Below are positions 9,289-17,283 of a DNA stretch of 24,712 nucleotides, one piece after another. Source of the DNA: Polyangiaceae bacterium (GTDB taxonomy: Bacteria; Myxococcota_A; Polyangia; Polyangiales; Polyangiaceae); contig JBNKBE010000040.1 in the NCBI GenBank assembly GCA_050287085.1, positions 1 to 24,712 on the forward strand. Reading direction: 5' to 3'. Position numbers and translations under genes: made by a program. Within the stretch, counting starts at the first letter, position 1. Every line of letters begins with the position of its first letter. Under the pieces are notes generated by a model. It made no database searches. It was not told where the DNA came from and was given only the letters and a program-made list of their open reading frames with translations.

Positions 9289-10095
9289 ATGAATCAACTA
9301 ATCAATAGCGCACAGGATTTCGGCGGAGAGCCGCTATCGGTACGGCGTACAGATCACTATCAAGCCGAGTATGTGCAGTCGTTTGTCGAGAAGTGGGACG
9401 AGCTGATCGATTGGGAAGCGCGCGCCAAAGGGGAGGGCGCGTTCTTCATCGATTTGCTGAGACGACTGAACAAGCACAAGGTACTCGACGTCGCTACAGG
9501 AACGGGCTTTCACTCTGTGCAGCTGATGAACGCCGGATTTGACGTTACCAGCGCAGACGGCAACGCCGAGATGTTGGCGCGTGCGTTCAACAATGCGCGC
9601 ACGCGCGGCCACGTATTGCGCACGGTTCACGCCGATTGGCGCTTCTTGTCACAAGGTGTTCACGACAAATACGATGCGATCGTCTGCCTAGGCAATTCGT
9701 TCACGCATCTATTTGAGGAGCGCGATCGACGACGCGCCTTGGCGGAGTTCTACGCGGCGCTGCGCCACGACGGCGTCCTGATCTTGGACCAGCGCAACTA
9801 CGACGCCCTGATCGACGACGGCGTGACGCCCACGCACACGTATTACTACTGCGGTGACGATGTGCGCGCAGAGCCGGAGCACGTTGACGAGGGGCTGGCT
9901 CGCTTCCGTTATTCATTCGCCGACGGTTCGATATTCCATCTGAACATGTTTCCGCTGCGCCGGGACTACACGCGCCGGCTGATGAAAGAGGTCGGGTTTC
10001 AAGATGTGACGACCTACGGCGACTTTCAGGAAACCTACCAAGACAAGCAGCCCGACTTTCTCATCCACGTGGCGAGCAAAGCCTACGCAAGCTGA
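9289..10095 (+). CDS. gsmt: Glycine/sarcosine N-methyltransferase (GSMT)
   Basis: 268 aa; TDHYQAEYVQSFVEKWDELIDW, VLDVATGTGFHS, AIVCLGNSFTHLF, LILDQRNYD, HTYYYCG, HLNMFPLR, TYGDFQET are typical of bacterial GSMTs. Confidence 0.93.
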   Translation: MNQLINSAQDFGGEPLSVRRTDHYQAEYVQSFVEKWDELIDWEARAKGEGAFFIDLLRRLNKHKVLDVATGTGFHSVQLMNAGFDVTSADGNAEMLARAFNNARTRGHVLRTVHADWRFLSQGVHDKYDAIVCLGNSFTHLFEERDRRRALAEFYAALRHDGVLILDQRNYDALIDDGVTPTHTYYYCGDDVRAEPEHVDEGLARFRYSFADGSIFHLNMFPLRRDYTRRLMKEVGFQDVTTYGDFQETYQDKQPDFLIHVASKAYAS

Positions 10096-10106
10096 GGCCA
10101 TCTATC

Positions 10107-10955
10107 ATGACGACACAAGCCCTATCTGGGGAAGCCGCGGCGGCTGCACAGGTTGCAGAAACCTACTACGACAGTCAGGACGCCGATCAATTCTACTTCA
10201 ATGTCTGGGGGGGCCAGGATATTCACATCGGCCTCTATGAGCTCGACTCGGAGGACATTGCTCTGGCGAGCGCGCGCACGGTTGCGCAGATGGCGGCACT
10301 GGCTGATATCTCAGCGGGGCAACACGTTGTCGATCTGGGGGCTGGATATGGCGGGGCAGCGCGCTACGTGGCCCAGCGTTTTGGAGCACGCGTCACCGCG
10401 GTCAATTTGAGCGAGGTGCAGAATACCCGAAATCGCGAACTGAGCGCGGAAGCCGGGCTGGGTGACAAGGTCAGCGTGTTGCACGCAAGCTTTGAACAAG
10501 TGCCGCTACCCGACGGCTGCGCAAACGTGGTGTGGTCTCAGGACGCCTTTCTCCACAGCGGCGATCGCTCACGGGTCTTGCGCGAAGCCCGGCGCCTGCT
10601 CGCGCCGGGTGGGCGTTTGATCTTCACCGATCCGATGCAGGCCGATACCTGTCCAGCGGACGTATTGGGCGCCGTTTATGACAGACTGCACCTAACGTCG
10701 CTCGGCTCGATCGCTTTCTACCGCCAACAAGCCGCTGGGCTTGGGTTTCAGGAACGCGACATCCTAGACCTCAGCCCGCAGCTAGGGCGCCACTACGGTC
10801 GCGTGCACGAGGAGTTGTCGCGGCGCCGGCGCGAGCTCGAGAAGGTGGTGTCTCCCAGTTACGTAGCCAACATGCTGGCTGGACTTCGGGCGTGGACTGA
10901 TGCGGCCAAGAAGGGCTACTTGGCCTGGGGGATCTTGCAGTTTGAGGTCCCGTGA
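10107..10955 (+). CDS. sdmt: Sarcosine/dimethylglycine N-methyltransferase (SDMT)
   Basis: AETYYDSQDADQFYFNVWGGQDIHIGLY, DLGAGYGGAARY, VWSQDAFLHSGDR, FTDPMQAD, YLAWGI; starts 11 nt after the gsmt stop. Confidence 0.92.
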   Translation: MTTQALSGEAAAAAQVAETYYDSQDADQFYFNVWGGQDIHIGLYELDSEDIALASARTVAQMAALADISAGQHVVDLGAGYGGAARYVAQRFGARVTAVNLSEVQNTRNRELSAEAGLGDKVSVLHASFEQVPLPDGCANVVWSQDAFLHSGDRSRVLREARRLLAPGGRLIFTDPMQADTCPADVLGAVYDRLHLTSLGSIAFYRQQAAGLGFQERDILDLSPQLGRHYGRVHEELSRRRRELEKVVSPSYVANMLAGLRAWTDAAKKGYLAWGILQFEVP

Positions 10956-12592
10956 GTGAGTTGGGTGATGCGGCGCCCGGGCGACGTTGGTTTGAGCTTC
11001 GCATCAACCCCCCTGTCTTCTTTGGCTCAGCGATCGCCATTCTGTCCTTTGTCGCCGTGGCGGCGCTCTTCCCAAGCGTGATTGCTGACGGGGCGGGCGA
11101 GCTGCAGGGCTTCATCATCCGCAAAGTGGGGTGGCTGTACCTGGTTTCGGTGACGGGGTTCTTGGGGTTCCTCGGCTGGCTTGCGCTCAGTCGCCATGGG
11201 GCGGTGCGCTTGGGCCGCGACGACGAGAAGCCGAGTTATGGCTTCGCAACGTGGTTTTCCATGTTGTTTAGCGCGGGTATGGGGATCGGCCTGCTCTTCT
11301 ACAGCGTGGCCGAGCCGATCCTTCACTTTCAGCACCCAGGGGTGGGGGAGCCGGGCTCACGAGAGGCGGCGCGCTGGGCGATGGAGACGACCTTCTTTCA
11401 TTGGGGGCTGCACGCTTGGGCGATCTACGCGCTGATGGGTTTGGGGCTCGCCTACGCACACTATCGGCACGGCGCGCCCCTCACGTTGCGCAGCGCGCTC
11501 AGGCCCTTGCTCGGAGCGCGCGTCGACGGTTGGGTAGGGCATTGGGTCGACTCCTTTGCGATCGTGGGCACCCTTTTTGGGGTTGCCACTTCGCTGGGGC
11601 TCGGCGTCATGCAAATCAATGAAGGGCTGTTTCGACTCACCGGCTTTGAGCAGTCGGTACACCATCAGCTCTGGTTGATTGCGGGTATCACGTTGATTGC
11701 AACGGCATCGGTGGTTTCTGGACTGGACCGCGGCATCAAGTTTCTGAGCGAGTTCAACATGGTGGTGGGGCTTCTGCTCTTGGCTTTTGTGCTACTTGCA
11801 GGCCCTACGACATTTCTCGTGCTCGGATTTGTGGGCAATCTCGGGGACTACTTGCAGCACCTCGTCGGACGCTCCCTCGACACCTTGGCCTATCGCGGCG
11901 ACGCGGGCCTCGCGTGGCAAGGCACTTGGACGATGTTCTATTGGGGGTGGTGGATTGCGTGGTCACCCTTTGTGGGCATGTTTGTGGCCCGCGTTTCGCG
12001 GGGACGGACCATTCGCGAGTTCGTATTCGGAGTGCTGATCGTACCGACGCTATTTGGCGGACTTTGGATTTCCGTTTTCGGCAATACGGCGCTGGGCGCA
12101 GAGCTCTTCGGCAGCGGAGGCATTGTCAGCGCGGTGGAGCGCAGTGTTCCTTCCGCGTTGTATGCGACGCTCGAGACCTTGCCCCTCGCTGGCATGTCCT
12201 CCGCGCTAGCGACGTTGGTGATCGTGACTTATTTCGTCACCTCGTCGGATTCAGGCTCGCTCGTGATCGACATTCTGAGCGCGGATGGGCATCCAAACCC
12301 CCCTGTCGTTCAGCGCATTTTCTGGGCGCTCACGGAGGGGGCGGTGGCGGCGGTGTTGCTCGTGGCAGGGGGGCAGAGCAGTTTGACGGCGATGCAAACC
12401 GCAGCCATCACAACGGCTCTGCCGCTGACCCTGCTCTTGATTATGGTTTGCCTGAGTTTGCGTCGCGCATTGCTCGCGGAAAGCTCCGAGCCAGTGCCGC
12501 TCGCGGCGAGCGGAGCTGGGCCCCTCGCGGCGAGCGGAGCTGGGCCCCTCGCGGCGAGCGGAGCTGGGCCCGGTAGGTCGGGCGAGCGCTGA
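10952..12592 (+). CDS. BCCT-family (betaine/carnitine/choline) transporter, probably Na+/glycine betaine type
   Basis: WFSMLFSAGMGIGLLFYSVAEP, FFHWGLHAWAIY, WTMFYWGWWIAWSPFVGMFVARVSRGRTIREF, FVTSSDSG; GTGA overlap with the sdmt stop. Confidence 0.95.
   Translation: MSELGDAAPGRRWFELRINPPVFFGSAIAILSFVAVAALFPSVIADGAGELQGFIIRKVGWLYLVSVTGFLGFLGWLALSRHGAVRLGRDDEKPSYGFATWFSMLFSAGMGIGLLFYSVAEPILHFQHPGVGEPGSREAARWAMETTFFHWGLHAWAIYALMGLGLAYAHYRHGAPLTLRSALRPLLGARVDGWVGHWVDSFAIVGTLFGVATSLGLGVMQINEGLFRLTGFEQSVHHQLWLIAGITLIATASVVSGLDRGIKFLSEFNMVVGLLLLAFVLLAGPTTFLVLGFVGNLGDYLQHLVGRSLDTLAYRGDAGLAWQGTWTMFYWGWWIAWSPFVGMFVARVSRGRTIREFVFGVLIVPTLFGGLWISVFGNTALGAELFGSGGIVSAVERSVPSALYATLETLPLAGMSSALATLVIVTYFVTSSDSGSLVIDILSADGHPNPPVVQRIFWALTEGAVAAVLLVAGGQSSLTAMQTAAITTALPLTLLLIMVCLSLRRALLAESSEPVPLAASGAGPLAASGAGPLAASGAGPGRSGER
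12497..12571 (+). repeat. 24-bp coding tandem repeat x3 (PLAASGAG) with an internal palindrome
   Basis: CC(G/C)CTCGCGGCGAGCGGAGCTGGG at 12497, 12521 and 12545; each copy contains CTCGC-G-GCGAG. Confidence 0.9.
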
Positions 12593-12738
12593 GTTCATGG
12601 CTGGGCCGGGCGTCTCGGGTGAAGCTTCGCTGAGCACCTGGCGCCGCATTTCTCGTCGGCCCAGGGGCGCGTCTTCTTGCGGCGGAAGGGTCTAGCGCCG
12701 GGCGCCGCGAGGACCGCACGGCAGCGCGGAGTGTTGGC

Positions 12739-13092
12739 CTACAACGCCTTGCCGTCGTACGTCTGAGTGATCTTCAAGTCGTGAACATCGATGCCGTCGA
12801 GGCAGCGCACATTCACCGACGCCCACTCACTGCCGTCCGGCCCTTTGCCGAACGCAACACTGCGCACACCACAACGCGTACAGAACGTATGATGGATCGA
12901 TTTCTTGGCGAATTGGTAGTCGGTTTGGGCGTCTTCACCGGACAACATCGTGACTTGGCTCGCGGGAACAAACGCCATGATCGAGCCGGTTTTTCCGCAT
13001 AACGAGCAATTGCACGTCGTCAGTTCGTCCAGGGATAGGTCGGCTTGGAAACGGACGGCTCCGCAATGGCAGCCCCCTTGGTGTTGAGTCAT
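12739..13092 (-). CDS. GFA/CENP-V family Zn-binding protein
   Basis: 117 aa from ATG 13092 with a purine-rich RBS; GGCHCGAVRF, CNCSLC, HTFCTRCG, SVNVRCLD, YDGKAL. Confidence 0.93.
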   Translation of the reverse strand: MTQHQGGCHCGAVRFQADLSLDELTTCNCSLCGKTGSIMAFVPASQVTMLSGEDAQTDYQFAKKSIHHTFCTRCGVRSVAFGKGPDGSEWASVNVRCLDGIDVHDLKITQTYDGKAL

Positions 13093-13118
13093 GCTTTTCT
13101 CTTCCATTCTGGTCGGTG

Positions 13119-13209
13119 ATTGTAGCGCGTGGCAGCCGCAAGGGTAGTTGCTGGCGGCCGGGGTCATATTCAACGGGCGGCAGGGTGCAGGGATTGAACA
13201 AAGGCGACA
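13119..13209 (-). promoter_or_regulatory. Putative activator-dependent promoter of the GFA gene
   Basis: Minus-strand TACAAT (-10) at 13124-13119 with no consensus -35. TGTCGCCTTTGTTCAATCCC (13209-13190) resembles, from memory, motifs seen upstream of targets of this AraC subfamily. Confidence 0.4.
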
Positions 13210-14015
13210 TTGCAGGGCGACTCCTAAGAGGGGCAACGGCGGGGGTCACGCTTCCTGGTGGCCCGGTCGAGCTGCGCCGTTATGCGCCGTGCGACGCGCT
13301 TGCGCCCTACGTGCGGCACTTTTGGTTCGTGCGCTGGCGGCTTTCGGAAGGAGAGTCGCGACCTCAGAGCGTGTTGCCCCTTCCGGCGGTCAATCTGGTG
13401 TTGGAGGACGAGCACTTGTCGCTCTACGGGCCCGCGACGCGCCGCTACGAGCGCCAGCTGCTCGGGGTGGGGGCCGCGTTTGGTGTGTTGTTTAGACCCG
13501 CGGGTTTTCAGCCCTTCGTCGGCGGCTCCATGCATCACTGGCTCGATCGCCGGGAGCCGGCGGAGCCGTTGCTCAAGGTCTCCTTTCGCCAGGTGCGAGC
13601 GCTTGCCGCTCGGGCGCTGCAAGATCCGGAGCAAGACGAAGCGCTGCGCTCTGCGTTCGAGCACGCGCTGCTCTCGCTTCGCCCCCGTGCTGACAGCATG
13701 GCTCGGGCCAGCGCTTGGGTGCAACGGATCGAAGAGGAGCCGTCGCTCGGTCGGGCTGAGGTGCTGGCGGAACGCGCTGGGGTTACGCTGCGGACCTTGC
13801 AGCGCGAGCTTCGCTACTACGTCGGACTTGGCCCCAAAGCGTTGATTCGGCGCTACCGTTTGCTCGAGGCCGCAGGTCGCCTAGCGGAGGGCACTGAGCT
13901 TGCTCAAGCACAACTTGCGCTCGATCTGGGTTATGCTGACCAGTCGCATTTCGTGCGGGACTTTCGCGCTGTCTGGGGGCGCACGCCCGGTGCGATGGAG
14001 CGAGCTAGGCCCTAG
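13185..14015 (+). CDS. AraC-family transcriptional regulator (DUF6597-type N-terminus)
   Basis: YAPCDALAPYVRHFWFVRW, VLPLPAVNLV, GVLFRPAG; C-terminal HTH RTLQRELRYYVGLGPK...LALDLGYADQSHFVRDFRAVWGRTP. Start uncertain. Confidence 0.92.
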   Translation: MQGLNKGDIAGRLLRGATAGVTLPGGPVELRRYAPCDALAPYVRHFWFVRWRLSEGESRPQSVLPLPAVNLVLEDEHLSLYGPATRRYERQLLGVGAAFGVLFRPAGFQPFVGGSMHHWLDRREPAEPLLKVSFRQVRALAARALQDPEQDEALRSAFEHALLSLRPRADSMARASAWVQRIEEEPSLGRAEVLAERAGVTLRTLQRELRYYVGLGPKALIRRYRLLEAAGRLAEGTELAQAQLALDLGYADQSHFVRDFRAVWGRTPGAMERARP

Positions 14016-16105
14016 GCGAGGGAAGTGGGCCAGCGTTCGAGTACGATCAGCTTGCTGGTGCTGGTTAGCTCAATCTCGACGTCTGCGCCTGGGTTCAAGA
14101 CGAAGGGCATAGGATGGGCCGGGTCGTAGGTGCCGAGAACGATCAGGCCGTGCTCGAAGCCCACGCGCATGAGCTCCTCGAAGCGGAAAGTGCCGACCAA
14201 CTCCAGCGGGGCTGCGGCCAGTTGCGTGATCTCGGGGCCACCGAAGGAGAGCAGCGCGTCCAACACCGGGCGCCGCTCGGGACGCAGGGTGAGCTGCGCG
14301 AGCATGTGGGTGATGATGTCTGAGGTGGCGAGCACCTCAGTGGTGCTTTCTTCGAATAGGTTGGCGTTTTCCGGATCGCGCAGCTCGACCAAGAGGCGCG
14401 GGCGCGGGGTGGTGTGTGCCAAGCGATGGGTAATCAGTTGGTAGACGAGCAGCGTGCGCGCGTCGACGTCTTCGGCGCTTTCCAGTCGATCACTTCCCAC
14501 CACCAAAACGGTATCGAAAGCGCCAAGCTCCAGGCGGGAAAGCTCCTTCAGCGAGGTAGGCTCGAGGAGCATGTGTTTGGACGCCAAGCCATCGAGACTG
14601 ATGTCGACCTGACCCAGATGGGCATCGCGTTCGGCGGTGGGGATAGCGCTCGCGACGGTGACGACAAAGCGCGTTCGCGGTTCAGCATGGAGCGCTTTCA
14701 GCAGCCAGGGCGTGCGCGCATTCCAGCCCATGATCAATAGCTGGTGCTCGGCGCTTTCGGCGGGAGCGGGCGGTCGACTCGTGCTCGGAGGGGCCGCCTT
14801 TGACGGTCGAAGGCTACGCCCATCGCGCTCTTTGCGGCGGGCAGTAAGTTCGTGATCGTGGCCGAGCACGACCAACGAATCGCCTTCTTGTAGCGAGAAT
14901 TCGGGATCGGTCAGCAGCACGAATTCAGCGCGTCCAGAGCCGCTCGTCAACTTGCCCAGGGCAACGGCGGTTTCGAAGTGGACCAGCAACTCTCGGGGCG
15001 GGAGCCCAGCGACGTCGTGAGCCGAGTGGACGTAGATCTCGCTGCCGTATTGCTGGCTTAGGACCTCGTCCCAAAACTGGTTGAGCCCCGCATGATTGAG
15101 GCAACGAAGTACGATCTGGGCCAGCACTAGCGGCGCTGCAATGAGCTCGCTTCTCCCGGCCGGATAAGCCCGTTCGAGTACTTCGAGCTTCAACGGATCG
15201 GCCACCGGGGCAACGACAATAGGAGACGCTGCGCCTTCCCCGAGCGTGAGGTTGAGGGTCGTCAGCGCCTTGAGCAGGTGTGCATCGTCGCTGGCCTCTT
15301 CGTCCTCGCGCTGGTGCTCGGAGGGTGAGAAAACAATCGCGGCGGCGTGTTTGGCTGCGACTCGATCCAGATGCAATGGCTGCAATACGGAGCCGGAGCG
15401 CAGCACGGTTCGCGAGCGGCGGTAGCGCGCGCCCAGGGCGCGGTCGAGCGTTTGATCGAGCTCGGGTCCGACCTCCTCGGCCAAGACCGCCACGCGCAGC
15501 GTAGACGCGTGATGCAGCGTTAGAAAGCGCCGCACGTTGCCTTGGGATTGCGTGATCTCCATCAAGAGCTCCGCGGTGTTGGCGTTGAAGCCAATCACGA
15601 CCACGTGTTGGCGCATGACCACTGGCGTCAGGCCTCGCTCGAGTCGGCGCATCTGGTCGTTGAGGCCTTGCGTCATGGTGGCCACCAGCGCGCCCATGAA
15701 CAAGACGTAGCCGGCAATCGTCAGAAACGTGGAAACGGAGCGTCGAAAGGTCCCGTGGTCATCGCCCAGATAACCCGGATCTGTGAGGCGCAAAAAGGCC
15801 CACCAGATCGATTCCGACAGCGACTCCGTATGGCCGAGCTCCAGCACGTAGAGGACGTAGCCAGAGAGGACGCTGAGCGCGCCGATGCCCAGGCAGATGA
15901 GCAACAGGCGATAGTGCGAGCCGCGCACCATGATCTGCTCGAGCCGGAACTGAAACCAGAGCGGCAGCCTTTGTAGCAGCGCCGCGGCGTCTCGAGCTCG
16001 GCGGCGAAGGTCGAGACGCTTGGCCCCACTGCGCCCGGAAGCCAGCACGCTATCTGTGGGCGGCGGGACTCGTTTCGAGGCACGCTCCGGGTTGGGGGTG
16101 GGCAT
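14012..16105 (-). CDS. CASTOR/POLLUX/DMI1-like cation channel with RCK gating domains
   Basis: TM1, pore segment SIWWAFLRLTDPGYLGDD, TM2 TIAGYVLFMGALVA; LERGLTPVV..HVVVIGF (RCK1), GSEIY, LLIMGWN (RCK2), DARTL. Start at 16105 or 16198. Confidence 0.85.
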   Translation of the reverse strand: MPTPNPERASKRVPPPTDSVLASGRSGAKRLDLRRRARDAAALLQRLPLWFQFRLEQIMVRGSHYRLLLICLGIGALSVLSGYVLYVLELGHTESLSESIWWAFLRLTDPGYLGDDHGTFRRSVSTFLTIAGYVLFMGALVATMTQGLNDQMRRLERGLTPVVMRQHVVVIGFNANTAELLMEITQSQGNVRRFLTLHHASTLRVAVLAEEVGPELDQTLDRALGARYRRSRTVLRSGSVLQPLHLDRVAAKHAAAIVFSPSEHQREDEEASDDAHLLKALTTLNLTLGEGAASPIVVAPVADPLKLEVLERAYPAGRSELIAAPLVLAQIVLRCLNHAGLNQFWDEVLSQQYGSEIYVHSAHDVAGLPPRELLVHFETAVALGKLTSGSGRAEFVLLTDPEFSLQEGDSLVVLGHDHELTARRKERDGRSLRPSKAAPPSTSRPPAPAESAEHQLLIMGWNARTPWLLKALHAEPRTRFVVTVASAIPTAERDAHLGQVDISLDGLASKHMLLEPTSLKELSRLELGAFDTVLVVGSDRLESAEDVDARTLLVYQLITHRLAHTTPRPRLLVELRDPENANLFEESTTEVLATSDIITHMLAQLTLRPERRPVLDALLSFGGPEITQLAAAPLELVGTFRFEELMRVGFEHGLIVLGTYDPAHPMPFVLNPGADVEIELTSTSKLIVLERWPTSLA

Positions 16106-16159
16106 GGTCGAGACGCTGCCGGCAAACCCCGCGCGGCGCAAGGGGATAGCTCGCCTCGT

Positions 16160-16188
16160 TTGACGCCTCCGCCCGCGACCCGTATCGT
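16160..16188 (+). promoter_or_regulatory. Sigma70-type promoter for the Kir channel gene
   Basis: TTGACG (16160-16165), a 17-bp spacer and TATCGT (16183-16188), ending 8 nt before ATG 16197. Confidence 0.5.
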
Positions 16189-16196
16189 GCGAGGTC

Positions 16197-17111
16197 ATGA
16201 GTCGTGGTTCGCTGCTTCGTCAACTCCTCGTACCGCGTTCTCGCGCCGCCCAGCCAGAGCGGCGTAGGCTCAACATTGAGCGCAAAGGGGCGCCGCGCCC
16301 GCTGCGGGGCAATTCCTATTACAACCTGATCGAGGGCAGTTGGCCGCGCCTGGGGGCCGTCTTCGTTCTGTTGTTCATGGGGATGAACGCCGTTTTCGCC
16401 GGTTTCTATCAGCTTCAGGAGGGGAGCTTGTCGGGGAACGGCTCGTTTCTGGACGCCTTCTTCTTCAGCGTGCAGACGGTTTCGACGATTGGCTACGGCG
16501 CGATCGCACCGCAAACCCTCTACGCCAACGTGCTGGTTACGCTCGAGGTCGTATTGGGCTTGACGTTTGCGGCGCTCACCACCGGCTTGGTCTTCGCCAA
16601 GGTGAGCCGTCCAGAGGCTGGCGTGTTGTTCAGCGCTCCGCTCACCGTCACGGATATGGATGGCGTGCCCACGCTTTGCTTGCGCGTCGGCAATACCCGC
16701 ACGAGCGAGGTGGTGGACGCGTCGGTGCACGTCTCGGTGCTCATGGACCATACGACGAGCGAAGGACACCGCTTGCGTCGGGTGGTGGATCTTCCGCTCG
16801 TGCGCTCGCATACGCCCATTTTCGCCCTTACTTGGACGGTGATGCACCGCATTGACGAGCAGAGTCCGCTGCGGGATTGCGACTGGACGCGGCCGGAACA
16901 GTTTTGGTCCAGCATCGTTGTGACGCTCGGCGGGCACGAAGCCACCTACGCACAGACAGTCTACGACCGCCATTTGTATTATCCCGACGACGTGCGCTTC
17001 AGACACGTCTTTGAAGACGTGTTGGAGTTCCGCGAGGGGCGTCATCTGGTGGTCGACTACGGGCGCTTTCACAACACCTGTCCCGAGGGCGAGCACAGCG
17101 CTGAGCGCTGA
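16197..17111 (+). CDS. Inward-rectifier potassium channel (KirBac-like)
   Basis: AFFFSVQTVSTIGYG K+ filter, two TM helices, GLVFAKVSRP, FS, PTLCLRVGN.R, WTVMHRIDEQSPL, FEDV, DYGRFH. Confidence 0.95.
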   Translation: MSRGSLLRQLLVPRSRAAQPERRRLNIERKGAPRPLRGNSYYNLIEGSWPRLGAVFVLLFMGMNAVFAGFYQLQEGSLSGNGSFLDAFFFSVQTVSTIGYGAIAPQTLYANVLVTLEVVLGLTFAALTTGLVFAKVSRPEAGVLFSAPLTVTDMDGVPTLCLRVGNTRTSEVVDASVHVSVLMDHTTSEGHRLRRVVDLPLVRSHTPIFALTWTVMHRIDEQSPLRDCDWTRPEQFWSSIVVTLGGHEATYAQTVYDRHLYYPDDVRFRHVFEDVLEFREGRHLVVDYGRFHNTCPEGEHSAER

Positions 17112-17221
17112 GCGCCAAGCGCCGAGCGCTGAACGCCGAGCGCTGAACGCCGAGCGCCGAACGCCGAGCGCCGAACGCCGAACGCCGAGCGCCGAACGCC
17201 GAACGCCGAGCGCCGAGCGCC
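17096..17221. repeat. Heptamer tandem repeat, 18 units (GARCGCY)
   Basis: Contiguous GAGCGCC/GAACGCC/GAGCGCT units from 17096 to 17221; the Kir TGA stop lies inside the array. Confidence 0.95.
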
Positions 17222-17283
17222 CAGGTCTGGTCGGCTGTGATCAGACGGCTGTGCTCGTCAGGCTCTTGTGCTAAGGGGCGGGC

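Noticed and set aside
16050..17096. 348-aa minus-strand ORF
   Set aside because: Antisense shadow of the clear KirBac gene.
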